Part shown: positions 55,210-63,662 of the stretch, piece after piece | How the letters are laid out: every line of letters starts with the position of its first letter | Numbering within the stretch: position 1 is the first letter of the stretch | From: Lawsonibacter faecis | GTDB lineage: Bacteria; Bacillota; Clostridia; Oscillospirales; Oscillospiraceae | DNA: 64,000 bases | Reading direction: 5' to 3' | NCBI RefSeq assembly: GCF_014287675.1 | Contig: NZ_JACOPQ010000002.1 | Span: 168,649 to 232,648, forward strand | Notes under the pieces: model-generated | What the model saw: only the letters and a program-made list of their open reading frames with translations | Told to the model about the DNA's origin: nothing | Databases searched by the model: none | Position numbers and translations under genes: made by a program

Positions 55210-56606
55210 GCCGCGCCCCCTCTCAGCTCCGCCGTTACGGTGGTCCCCTGCCCCGGCGCGCTCTCAAAGCGGAGGGCTCCGCCGTGGAGCGCCGCGATCT
55301 CCCGGCACAGGGCCAGGCCCAGCCCCGCGCCCCCCTGCTCCCGGGAGCGGGATTTGTCCACCCGGTAAAAGGCGTCGGTCAGGTGCTCCAGGGCCTGGGG
55401 CGGAATACCCCGCCCGCTGTCCCGCACGGTAATGCGGCAGCCGCCGGGCAGCATTTCGGAGCGGACGCGGATCTCGCCCCCCCGGCCGTCCATGGCCTTG
55501 AGGGCGTTGTCCCAGAGGTTGACCAGCAGAGACTTGACGAGGTCCGGCTCCATGAGGCAGACCCCCTCGGCGCAGATGCAGGTGAGCGCCACCCCCTGCC
55601 GCGCGTAAATCGGCCCCAGATGGGCGGCCAGGCCCCGGATCAGGGCGGCGGGCCGGACCGGGACGAGGGACGCCCCGCCCCGCCTCAGCACCAGCAGGTC
55701 CATCAGCTTCTGGGAGAGGTTCTCCAGCCGCTTGCCCTCGGCCACGATATAGTTTGCGGCCTCGGCCTGCTCCTGGGGGCTCAGGGTCTGGCCCCGGAGC
55801 AGATCGGCATAGCCGATGATGGAGGTCATGGGGGTCTTCATCTCGTGGGCAAAGCTGCCCAAAAAACGCTCCTGCCGTTCCACCGCCTCCTCCAGCTGGG
55901 AGATGGTGCCCTCCAGCGCTTCGGCCATGGTGTTGAAATCCCGGGCGACGAGGCCAATCTCGTCCTCAGAGCGGACCCGCACCCGGCTGGAGAGCCGCCC
56001 GGAGGCCAGAGCCCGGGACGCCCCGGAGAGGCTCACCAGGGGCTTTGTGAGCACATGGGAGATGCTGTACGAGAGCAGGGCGCACAGGCCGGCGGTCAGA
56101 AGGAAGACCCACAGGTAGGTCTGCTGCTGCATCCGGCGGGTCTCGAAGAGGGACGAGATGTCCCGGGCCAGGTCCAGGCGGAGCGTCTCTCCCCCCGCCT
56201 CCAGGGCGCCGGTCAGGGCCAGGGCGTACCCGCCGCCGTCCGTGGGCACATAGCGCATCACGCACCGGCCGGGCTGCACGGGCTGCGGGGAAACGGCCAG
56301 CGCGGCGGGGCCGAACGCATAGACGCTCTCCCCGCCGGCGGAGAGGCGCAGGGCCGTCCAGGCCCCCCCGTTCCGGCCCGAGAGCTGCTCCAGCGTGGAG
56401 GAGATATCGGCGTAATCGGACTGGCCGGCGGCGCTGTTGACGATGCGCAGGGTGCCCACCACCATCTGGTAGGCGTTGTACGCCGCCTGCTGCTCCCGCT
56501 CCAGCGTGTTCTGAAACGAGATGGAGATGAGCAGGCTGCCCCCCACGCCGAACAGAACCGACAGCAGCCCCAGCATACAGAGGGTCATCTTCAGGCGAAA
56601 CTTCAT
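55206..56606 (-). CDS. Sensor histidine kinase (HAMP-HisKA-HATPase)
   Basis: H-box SFAHEMKTPMTSIIGYADLL; G-box GGAGLGLALCREIAALHGG; two TM segments. Confidence 0.9.
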   Translation of the reverse strand: MKFRLKMTLCMLGLLSVLFGVGGSLLISISFQNTLEREQQAAYNAYQMVVGTLRIVNSAAGQSDYADISSTLEQLSGRNGGAWTALRLSAGGESVYAFGPAALAVSPQPVQPGRCVMRYVPTDGGGYALALTGALEAGGETLRLDLARDISSLFETRRMQQQTYLWVFLLTAGLCALLSYSISHVLTKPLVSLSGASRALASGRLSSRVRVRSEDEIGLVARDFNTMAEALEGTISQLEEAVERQERFLGSFAHEMKTPMTSIIGYADLLRGQTLSPQEQAEAANYIVAEGKRLENLSQKLMDLLVLRRGGASLVPVRPAALIRGLAAHLGPIYARQGVALTCICAEGVCLMEPDLVKSLLVNLWDNALKAMDGRGGEIRVRSEMLPGGCRITVRDSGRGIPPQALEHLTDAFYRVDKSRSREQGGAGLGLALCREIAALHGGALRFESAPGQGTTVTAELRGGAA

Positions 56607-56607
56607 C

Positions 56608-57261
56608 CTATACCTCCAGGCGGTAGCCCACCTTGTTCACCGCCTGGAGCTGCTTCTCCCAGCCCACCTTTTTCCGCAGGCGCTGCACGTGCAGGTCCAC
56701 CGTCTTGCTGCCGAACTGGTACTCCTCGCCCCAGACCCGCTCGTAGATGGTCTCCCGGAACAGGGCCCGGCGGGGGTTCCGGGCGAAGAGGAGCAGCAGG
56801 TCGTACTCCTTTTTGGTCAGGGCAATCTCCGCGCCGTCCCGGCGCACCTGCATGGCGCAGGGGTCAATCTCCAGGCCGCCCACCCGGAGCACCGCCTCGT
56901 TCTTCCGCCAGCGGCGCAGCACCACGTCCACCCGGGCCAGCAGCTCCACAATTTCAAAGGGCTTGACGATATAGTCCTCAGCCCCGGCCCGGAGGCCCCG
57001 CACCCGGTCGTTCACCGCGTTTTTCGCCGTGATGAAGATGACCGGCATCTCCATGGGGCGGATGTACTCCATCAGCTCAAAGCCGTCGATCTCGGGGAGC
57101 ATCACGTCCAGCAGGACGAGGTCATAGCGGCCCCGCTCCAGCAGATCGGCGGCCTCCGCCCCGTCAAAGGCGCAGGTACAGGCGTAGCCCTCCTTGGTCA
57201 GGCTGAGGCGAAGCAGATTGGAGATGGGCTTCTCGTCCTCCACAATCAGGATTCTTATCAT
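56608..57261 (-). CDS. OmpR/VanR-like response regulator
   Basis: MIRILIVEDEKPI receiver domain; winged-helix C-terminus VGYRLEV; RBS aaggaggg. Confidence 0.9.
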   Translation of the reverse strand: MIRILIVEDEKPISNLLRLSLTKEGYACTCAFDGAEAADLLERGRYDLVLLDVMLPEIDGFELMEYIRPMEMPVIFITAKNAVNDRVRGLRAGAEDYIVKPFEIVELLARVDVVLRRWRKNEAVLRVGGLEIDPCAMQVRRDGAEIALTKKEYDLLLLFARNPRRALFRETIYERVWGEEYQFGSKTVDLHVQRLRKKVGWEKQLQAVNKVGYRLEV

Positions 57262-57391
57262 GCTATCCCTCCTTACCGCCGCCCAGCATACATCGTTCCG
57301 GCATCAAAACGGCAACGGTTCTGAGGTATTGTACCGGATTTCGGCCCGCGCCGCAACTGCGCGGGCCGATGAAATGTAAGAGGTGTCATGA

Positions 57392-57428
57392 CAAAAAGAA
57401 AACCGCCCCGGAACGGGGCGGCGGGCGG
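57392..57428 (-). terminator. Terminator after the paralog-3 small protein gene
   Basis: ccgccccgttccggggcgg + ttttc on the minus strand. Confidence 0.6.
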
Positions 57429-57429
57429 G

Positions 57430-57714
57430 TCATCTGCGGCGGGGCGGGCGGCAGCCGCGGCACCCGAAGGGCGGGCGCACCACGGGCGGGAGCACCGTGG
57501 GCGGAAATACCGCCGGTATCAGCTCAATTCTCTGGGCGCTGATCTGCGGCGGAATGCTGTTGGTCATCACGCCGTTATACCAGATACGTACCAGGTCGCC
57601 GGGCTGAAACCGGTTGGCGGCGGGCGTATGGACCACCACTCTCTGCCGGGTCTCCCGGTCCAGTACCAGCAGACGCCCCCACTGCACGTCGAGCACGGCT
57701 GCATGCATTATCAT
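57430..57714 (-). CDS. Small protein of unknown function (paralog 3 of 3): conserved N-domain plus a short Pro/Cys/Arg tail
   Basis: MIMHAAVLDVQWGRLLVLDRETRQRVVVHTPAANRFQPGDLVRIWYNGVMTNSIPPQISA is about 60% identical to paralog 1; RBS ggaggtg. Its 5' region is near-identical to that of paralog 1. Confidence 0.65.
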   Translation of the reverse strand: MIMHAAVLDVQWGRLLVLDRETRQRVVVHTPAANRFQPGDLVRIWYNGVMTNSIPPQISAQRIELIPAVFPPTVLPPVVRPPFGCRGCRPPRRR

Positions 57715-58081
57715 GTCGGGCACCTCCAATCACTACAACACAGGATATGTCGGGAGAGGGCGGCGTGTGACGAATCCCGTCAGACGCCGCCGGAGGCGTG
57801 CAGAAAGACCGCCTGAGAGGGCCGCGGCCCTCTCAGGCGGTCTTTCATGATTTTTCCCCGTGCCCGGCGCTCATGCTGTGCCGGAAGTGCTCGCCAATCT
57901 GCATAAGCTCCCCGTAGGTGGAGATCTCCACGCCGGAGCGGTTGATATAGCTCTTCACCGCCGGCGGCAGAGAGGAGAAGTACCGCTCCATGGCCGGTTC
58001 CCTGTATTTCAAATTCATCACCCCGCTTAGTATGCCGCGAAACGACGGCCAGGGAGATGGTGGATGCTGGCAGCGGCGGCG

Positions 58082-58548
58082 TCAGCGGTTCAGGAGCCAG
58101 ACGCCGAAGTTGAGATAGGCCGCAAAGACCGACCACGCCAGATACGGAACCTGAAGCCAGGCGGCGGGCCTGTCGATTTTATAATAGGCCCGGATCATAA
58201 GCCCGACGGCGGCGGCCAGGGCGAGCAGCCACACAAAGGCGAAGAGGCGCAGCCCCAGAGCGAAGAACCACACGCTCCACAGGAGATGGCGAGCTGAAGG
58301 CCGTAGAGCGCAAGCGCCGCGCCGCGCCCCCTCCCGCGGGTCAGCCAGACCCGCGCCGCCCCGGCGCCCATGAGAATATACAAAATGCCCCAGACCACGG
58401 GAAAGGCCGCGGAGGGCGGCGTCAGCGGCGGCTTGGCGAGCCGCTCGTAGGCGGGCAGCCCTCTCATGACGGCAATGGCCGACAGTCCGCCGGCCGCAAG
58501 GGATATCAGGATAAACACAAGGTAGGGCATATATTTTTTCCATCTCAT
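58082..58548 (-). pseudogene. tspO: TspO/MBR family protein interrupted by a 1-nt frameshift
   Basis: N-terminal part (MRWKKYMPYLVFILISLAAGGL...ALALYGLQLAIS) is in the frame of ORF 58195..58548; C-terminal part (LWSVWFFALGL...WLQVPYLAWSVFAAYLNFGVWLLNR) is in the frame of ORF 58082..58558. The join is near 58278..58290 in a short C-run. Confidence 0.7.
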
Positions 58549-58946
58549 ACTTTATCACCCGTGGATAGTATGCCTGCCGGGAGGCGAAGTATGAACCCGA
58601 AGGTCCGCAAATCCTCCGCGTTCATTCGGCCCGGGCGGATGAGATGCAGGGCGCGGAACAAAAAAAGGGGGCCGCCCACGAAATCAACGTCTTTCGGTAA
58701 AGCGTTTTCCCGTTCATCTGTCATTCAGAACTGGGCCGCGCAGCGGCGGACCGAAGGGAACCGCGCGGCCAACGAAAGCGCGGCCCCACAGCCTGGCGCG
58801 CCCCGGGGCGGTCTCTCTTGCCCCTGCGGGACAATTCACCTCCCAGAATCCCTTTTCATAGGAGTAGCAGCCCCTGAATTTCCCTCTGAATCCTTTGGTC
58901 AGAGGTTTTTTGTCAAACGGAGGCGGCCCAGCGCGGCTGCGCCTTC

Positions 58947-61565
58947 CTATCCATCTGATTGGACGCTTTCGGCGATCTCGTCATTGCCGACGACTACAAT
59001 GTCGTCGCTGTCAAACTCACATTCCGCCAGCCCGGGGTTGATTCCCTTGTCCACCCGGTTGTATTTATTGTCCAAAGCGGTCAGGCATTCGTTTTTCCAG
59101 CTGATGCGGCCGCAGTAATCCGAAAACTTTTTAACAATGCTCGGCCCCAGCCTGTCGCTGTAGACGTCTGGCATCCGCAAAAGGAGCTGCGCCATATTCA
59201 GCAGCGCAGCATCCGATATTCCCTCACCGCTGGCCGAATGGTATTTTATTATCATATCCACGTACGTATGAACGGAATATGCAAAATAGCGGTAGGACGC
59301 CTTTTCAATCAGCTCCTCAATCTGCTTTTTTCCTATGTCAAAATAATACTGCGCATGCTGCGGCTCATTGTAAACGCCCCATACCCCCCAGGTCATATAA
59401 TTTTTGGCCTGCGCATGCTTTACATGGTAAGAGGTATTATTGCGAATCGCCGCCGCCTCGGAAAACGCATTGTTCGCCTCTTCAAAATGTTCCATGTCCC
59501 GGTGCAGGATACCCCGCTGCACCCAATAATAGCTTAGATGCTTACACACCTTCTCAATCTGCAAAAACAGGTTGAGCATCATGGAATCGTCGAGCTGCAA
59601 TTGTTTGCGCAGGCTTTTAATCTTAAGCAGCTTTTGGAATATTTCGTTTTGAACCGTCTCCTCCTGCTCGCTGAGGTTCCGGGCGAGGAAGCGCACGGCA
59701 AAGTTGATCCAGGACAAAAGCTCGTCCCGGTCCAGCTGCGTTTGCACCGACGCCCACAGAAGCCGGGAGCACCGTATGGAAATCCGGTCGTCCTGCAGGC
59801 GGATTAGGTCGGCGTAGTCCAGCGCGAATGTGTGCATGTCCACCTCCAGCCCGCAGCCGGAGAGAATATTGGAAAAAAGCGCTGCGGAAATCTCTGATAT
59901 GTCCAGAGCGCCAAACGTGCTGAGGATGAGAAAGGCCGTCTTGTTTTGGGACGCCTGCATGCGCTCAATCATGTCGGAAAAATAGCTGACAAACTGGCGC
60001 CCCTCCTGCGCCGTATAAAGCACGTCAATCAGGTCGTTCAGCTTCCGGATATAGTCGATGCACTCCTTCCGCGTGTTCCCGTAAAGCCGCAGTTTGTTCA
60101 GGTGATTTGTCTCCTCCAGCTTGTCGTAGATATTGGCCGCCTGGCGCCCGTCTTTTGTCTTTTCGGAAATATAGACCTCTTCCAGGCTCTCGTAGGAATC
60201 CAATAAATATTTCTTTGAATTGTGGTCCTGCAGACTGCCCGTACAGATAAAGATCAGGCTGCTGACGTTAGGCGGGCATTTATTGAGGATATCCTTTACA
60301 CGATTGTAGTAGTACGACATCCTCTCCGCCAGAATCGCCACCTTTGCCCCCTCGGGGAGGACCTCCAGATATTCGATAATCCGCTCCTGGTATGCGGTCG
60401 CGTTCATGGAATAGGGGAGGTTGAAGACGGAAAACTCATAGTCAAGCCGCATCAAATCCACGCCAAGCCGAATGGCCGCGCATGTTTTCCCCACATACGC
60501 CTCGCCATAAATCGCCACCAGATGATGCTTCCCTTTGGACGCGAGGGCCTTGGCCCTCCCGTCCACCTGCGGCCTTATGATATCAATATTCTTGATGAAG
60601 TCGTACGGCCGCGGCGGCGCCCCCATGTATAATTCGCTCATGTATTGATTGAGCTTGTTCTCATCCGCCGGGACCTGCTCGTCATAGAAAACCATTCCAT
60701 AATCGCGCATTTTCCGCCGCGCCTCGCCCACCGCTGCAATGCGGTCTTTGATCGTGGTCAAGAATTTCTGCGCCGTCCAGGGGATAAAGTGCATGTTCCG
60801 CTTTTCCTCAATTTTGCGCACAAGCTTCCGATTGTTGATCTTGGGCGAGACAAAGAAATAATGGGGCGGCTGGACAATTTCAACCATGGAATTGAGCTGC
60901 TGGATGATAAGCTGCAGGTCCTCCTCCTGAAATTCCGTCCCCAGAAAGACGACGTCATTGGTCAGGGAGAGATATCCGAACGTGTTCAGCGCCCAGCTGG
61001 GGATCGCTTCATAGTTTCTGTATTCGGCGGAGTCAAAGACGAAGCCCAAATCCGGTCTGTTTACAGAGCCGTGCAGCTTGTACAGCTCCAGCGAAGTCCC
61101 GTTGTGCAGCGTGGAGCATTGCTTGACATGGACAAGAGGGCGCTGCTTCGCCGGCACGTTTGAATAAATGGCCTCGACCAGATCGTCAATATTCAGTGTA
61201 AAAATATGCCGCCACGGGTAGTCCAGCAGGAACATATGAAAATCGCCGCTTAAGCAGCGGCAGCCCGAAAAGCGCTTTTGCAGGAAGCGGTCCCTCTGCT
61301 CCACTAGGTGTTCCATCTCAATGTTGTCGCAGGTTTTCTTCAAATCGGAGCGTTCGGCCCAGTAATCCTCCAAATCCTCCTTCTTAACCGTCTTGCTTTT
61401 GGCCAAGACTTCGTCAAACAGTTCTCCGGCCAACTCGCTGCCGGCCGGCAGCGGTTTGCCGTCCTGGCTCTGGATACCCTTGGAAAAGCCGGCGCCCAAA
61501 ACAAGGATTGGCGTGCGGATCGACATTCTATCAATCAAAAGCTGTTCATCGCCGACAAGATACAT
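58947..61565 (-). CDS. SIR2_2 (sirtuin-like, DHS-like NAD-binding) domain + P-loop NTPase + C-terminal helical-repeat protein; Avs5-like (SIR2-STAND) antiphage defence candidate
   Basis: SIR2_2 blocks ILVLGAGFSKG...PLP, IFTLNIDDLVE and LYKLHGS...FDSAEYRNY. Walker A GEAYVGKT. Long alpha-helical C-terminal region. Start at MYLVGDEQ after ggagga; alternatives are 61580 and 61670. The region has lower GC than its flanks. Confidence 0.7.
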   Translation of the reverse strand: MYLVGDEQLLIDRMSIRTPILVLGAGFSKGIQSQDGKPLPAGSELAGELFDEVLAKSKTVKKEDLEDYWAERSDLKKTCDNIEMEHLVEQRDRFLQKRFSGCRCLSGDFHMFLLDYPWRHIFTLNIDDLVEAIYSNVPAKQRPLVHVKQCSTLHNGTSLELYKLHGSVNRPDLGFVFDSAEYRNYEAIPSWALNTFGYLSLTNDVVFLGTEFQEEDLQLIIQQLNSMVEIVQPPHYFFVSPKINNRKLVRKIEEKRNMHFIPWTAQKFLTTIKDRIAAVGEARRKMRDYGMVFYDEQVPADENKLNQYMSELYMGAPPRPYDFIKNIDIIRPQVDGRAKALASKGKHHLVAIYGEAYVGKTCAAIRLGVDLMRLDYEFSVFNLPYSMNATAYQERIIEYLEVLPEGAKVAILAERMSYYYNRVKDILNKCPPNVSSLIFICTGSLQDHNSKKYLLDSYESLEEVYISEKTKDGRQAANIYDKLEETNHLNKLRLYGNTRKECIDYIRKLNDLIDVLYTAQEGRQFVSYFSDMIERMQASQNKTAFLILSTFGALDISEISAALFSNILSGCGLEVDMHTFALDYADLIRLQDDRISIRCSRLLWASVQTQLDRDELLSWINFAVRFLARNLSEQEETVQNEIFQKLLKIKSLRKQLQLDDSMMLNLFLQIEKVCKHLSYYWVQRGILHRDMEHFEEANNAFSEAAAIRNNTSYHVKHAQAKNYMTWGVWGVYNEPQHAQYYFDIGKKQIEELIEKASYRYFAYSVHTYVDMIIKYHSASGEGISDAALLNMAQLLLRMPDVYSDRLGPSIVKKFSDYCGRISWKNECLTALDNKYNRVDKGINPGLAECEFDSDDIVVVGNDEIAESVQSDG

Positions 61566-61859
61566 CAGAATTTCCTCCATATGTATATTTGAATACACGA
61601 ATGTGTCAAATATACATATTATACGACAGGGCAAATCATGTTGCAATCGAAATTTGGCGATTTTTCTCAAAAGGCGGAAATCAATTCACTGGTTATTTGT
61701 GCGTTATTCCGGCAGTACAAGGAAAGCTCTGCTCCCAAAAACAGAAAGCCCTTGCAATCACTAGCTTTTCTAGCAATTGCAAGGGCTCCAAGAGTGTAAC
61801 ACACAAACAAAATAGATGCCACGCAGTCTTGCCCAACCGTTTGAATAACTAAAAAATAA

Positions 61860-62347
61860 AGGGAGACGGTTTAACAATATTTTCAAGCTTAGAGAATACT
61901 GCCTCAATATATGGGAACAGTTCCCTGTTGTCAAATTGTAGTCGTTCCTCTACTGCATCTGCCTGGCAAACTAGCTTTGCACATCCTTAGCATTGCTTGG
62001 GTAGTCTGCTTCACCAAGCTTAATTTTATAATGACAACTTCGCTTTAACTCCTCCATCTCCGAATACTGGAAGCATCCGTAGTTAATGTTGCATGGGTAT
62101 TCCTTTTCAAACTGGACGTCCATATAAGTGGTCAAGCCAACCATAGGATGTACTTCGCACTGGCCAACAGTTCATCCACCGCCGCCCTGATCCATCTGAG
62201 GTTACCGGTTGGAGAGGGGATTCCCTTCTCGCAAAGCATATCCACTGCCTTGCCCAAGCTGGCTCCAACGAGGTAATAAGCAAAGATACTGCGGACGGTT
62301 TCCCCCTTTTCGTCACCCACCAAAATGTATCCATAGGGTATCCTCAT
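61860..62347 (-). pseudogene. Remnant of a large serine recombinase (recombinase-domain fragment)
   Basis: ORF 62132..62347 (-) VRSIFAYYLVGASLGKAVDMLCEKGIPSPTGNLRWIRAAVDELLASAKYI matches the Recombinase domain of large serine recombinases (IFxLYxxGxSxxxIAxxLNxxGIPxPxGxxWxxxxVxxIL). No intact resolvase catalytic domain. Low GC. Confidence 0.45.
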
Positions 62348-62484
62348 ATTTACCGCCTCACTTCCTTAAACATAAATAAAAGCAGGTTTGAATGAGAACC
62401 GACTCACTCAAATCTGCTTAGCAATTCTTCTGATATAGTGATGATAACTAATTTAGAACCCACACTTTAATGCAAATTCAACAC

Positions 62485-62530
62485 TAAATAGCAAAATCTG
62501 CGTATAACGATAGTTATACGCAGATTTTGT
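62485..62530 (-). terminator. Terminator downstream of tRNA-Ser
   Basis: aaaatctgcgtataac-tatc-gttatacgcagatttt perfect stem + U-run. Confidence 0.8.
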
Positions 62531-62536
62531 CTGCTT

Positions 62537-62627
62537 TGGCGGAGAGAGAGGGATTCGAACCCTCGGTACGCTATCAACGTACACACGATTTCCAATCGTG
62601 CGCCTTCGTCCACTCAGCCATCTCTCC
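62537..62627 (-). tRNA. tRNA-Ser (anticodon GGA), class II with a long variable arm, encoded CCA
   Basis: Minus strand GGAGAGAUGGCUGAGUGGACGAAGGCGCACGAUUGGAAAUCGUG...GGUUCGAAUCCCUCUCUCUCCGCCA; acceptor stem GGAGAGA/UCUCUCC. Confidence 0.85.
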
Positions 62628-62686
62628 ATGGCAGTTGACAAACAGCAAACCGCGATTCAATTGTTTGCTGCCGAAGCAACGTTGAT

Positions 62687-62715
62687 TATTATAACCACTT
62701 TTCCTGTTCGAGTCA
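62687..62715 (-). promoter_or_regulatory. Promoter of tRNA-Ser
   Basis: -35 TTGACT, 17-nt spacer, -10 TATAAT on the minus strand, about 55 nt upstream of the tRNA 5' end. Confidence 0.55.
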
Positions 62716-62745
62716 AGAGAAAAATGAAAATTAAAAGGAAATTTT

Positions 62746-62786
62746 TGCGCCCGGCGGCGGAGGCCGGAAGCCTCCGCCGCCGGGCG
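62746..62786 (-). terminator. Terminator hairpin after the AIM24-family gene
   Basis: gcgcccggcggcggaggcc-gga-agcctccgccgccgggcgc. Confidence 0.6.
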
Positions 62787-62796
62787 CATCGGGCAA

Positions 62797-63474
62797 TTAT
62801 TTGCTGCCCGTGTTGAAGAAGGGCGCCAGCGCCGAGGCGAAGCCGCTGACCGGCATGGTCTGAAGCACCACCCTGCCCGGGCCGCTGACCACGGTGTTGA
62901 ACATCCCCTCCCCGCCGAAGAGCACATTCTTCACGCCCTTGACGGTCTGGATATCGATGGAGCAGGTGGCGTCAATCATAGCCAGATTCCCCGTGTCCAC
63001 CACAATCTGCTGTCCGGCCTGGAGCTCGTACTCCACGGCGTAGCCGTCCACCTCCAGGAAGGCCGTCCCATGGCCGGAGAGCTTCTGCATGATAAAGCCC
63101 TCGCCGCCGAAGAAGCCCGCGCCCGCCTTCTTCTGGAAGAAGACCGAAAGCTCCACCCCGGACTCGGAGGCCAGGAAGCCGCTCTTCTGGACGACCACCG
63201 GCCGGTCGGGGGTAATCTCCACGGCCTTGATGGAGCCGGGAAAGCTGGAGGCGAAGGCGATCATGCCCGCGCCCTTGGCCGTATAGATATTCTGGAACAT
63301 GGACTCGCCGGAGAACATCCGCCCGAAGGCCTTGCCGAATCCGCCCGCCGAGGTCTGCATCTCCATATTGGGACTCATCCAGCACATGGAGCCCCGCTCG
63401 GTGATCATGGACTCCCCGCCCTCCAGCTCGCACACCACAACGGGCATCGGCTCGCCGATTACTTGATACTTCAT
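62797..63474 (-). CDS. TIGR00266 / AIM24 (DUF124) family protein
   Basis: MKYQVIGEPMPVVVCELEGGESMITE...FGGEGFIMQKLSGHG... pattern; RBS aggagg 8 nt before the internal Met chosen as the start. Confidence 0.65.
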   Translation of the reverse strand: MKYQVIGEPMPVVVCELEGGESMITERGSMCWMSPNMEMQTSAGGFGKAFGRMFSGESMFQNIYTAKGAGMIAFASSFPGSIKAVEITPDRPVVVQKSGFLASESGVELSVFFQKKAGAGFFGGEGFIMQKLSGHGTAFLEVDGYAVEYELQAGQQIVVDTGNLAMIDATCSIDIQTVKGVKNVLFGGEGMFNTVVSGPGRVVLQTMPVSGFASALAPFFNTGSK

Positions 63475-63662
63475 CTCTCCAACCTCCTGTTTCATTTTGA
63501 TTTTAATATGGGGTTCTTTGTACAATTATACTACGGAAAGCGAAATACCACAAGTAAAACCGCCTTCCATTGCAGATGCGGTTAGGTGTTGACCTGGGCG
63601 GGAAAAGCGTCTAAACTATTGCATTATACCAAATGCCAAACCTTATGAATGGAGCGATAATA

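Noticed and set aside
57845-58018. 57-aa ORF on the minus strand (MNLKYREPAMERYFSSLPPAVKSYINRSGVEISTYGELMQIGEHFRHSMSAGHGEKS) upstream of paralog 3
   Set aside because: The ribosome-binding site is poor (gcgggg only 2 nt from the ATG) and no motif was recognised. It is kept only as a possibility.
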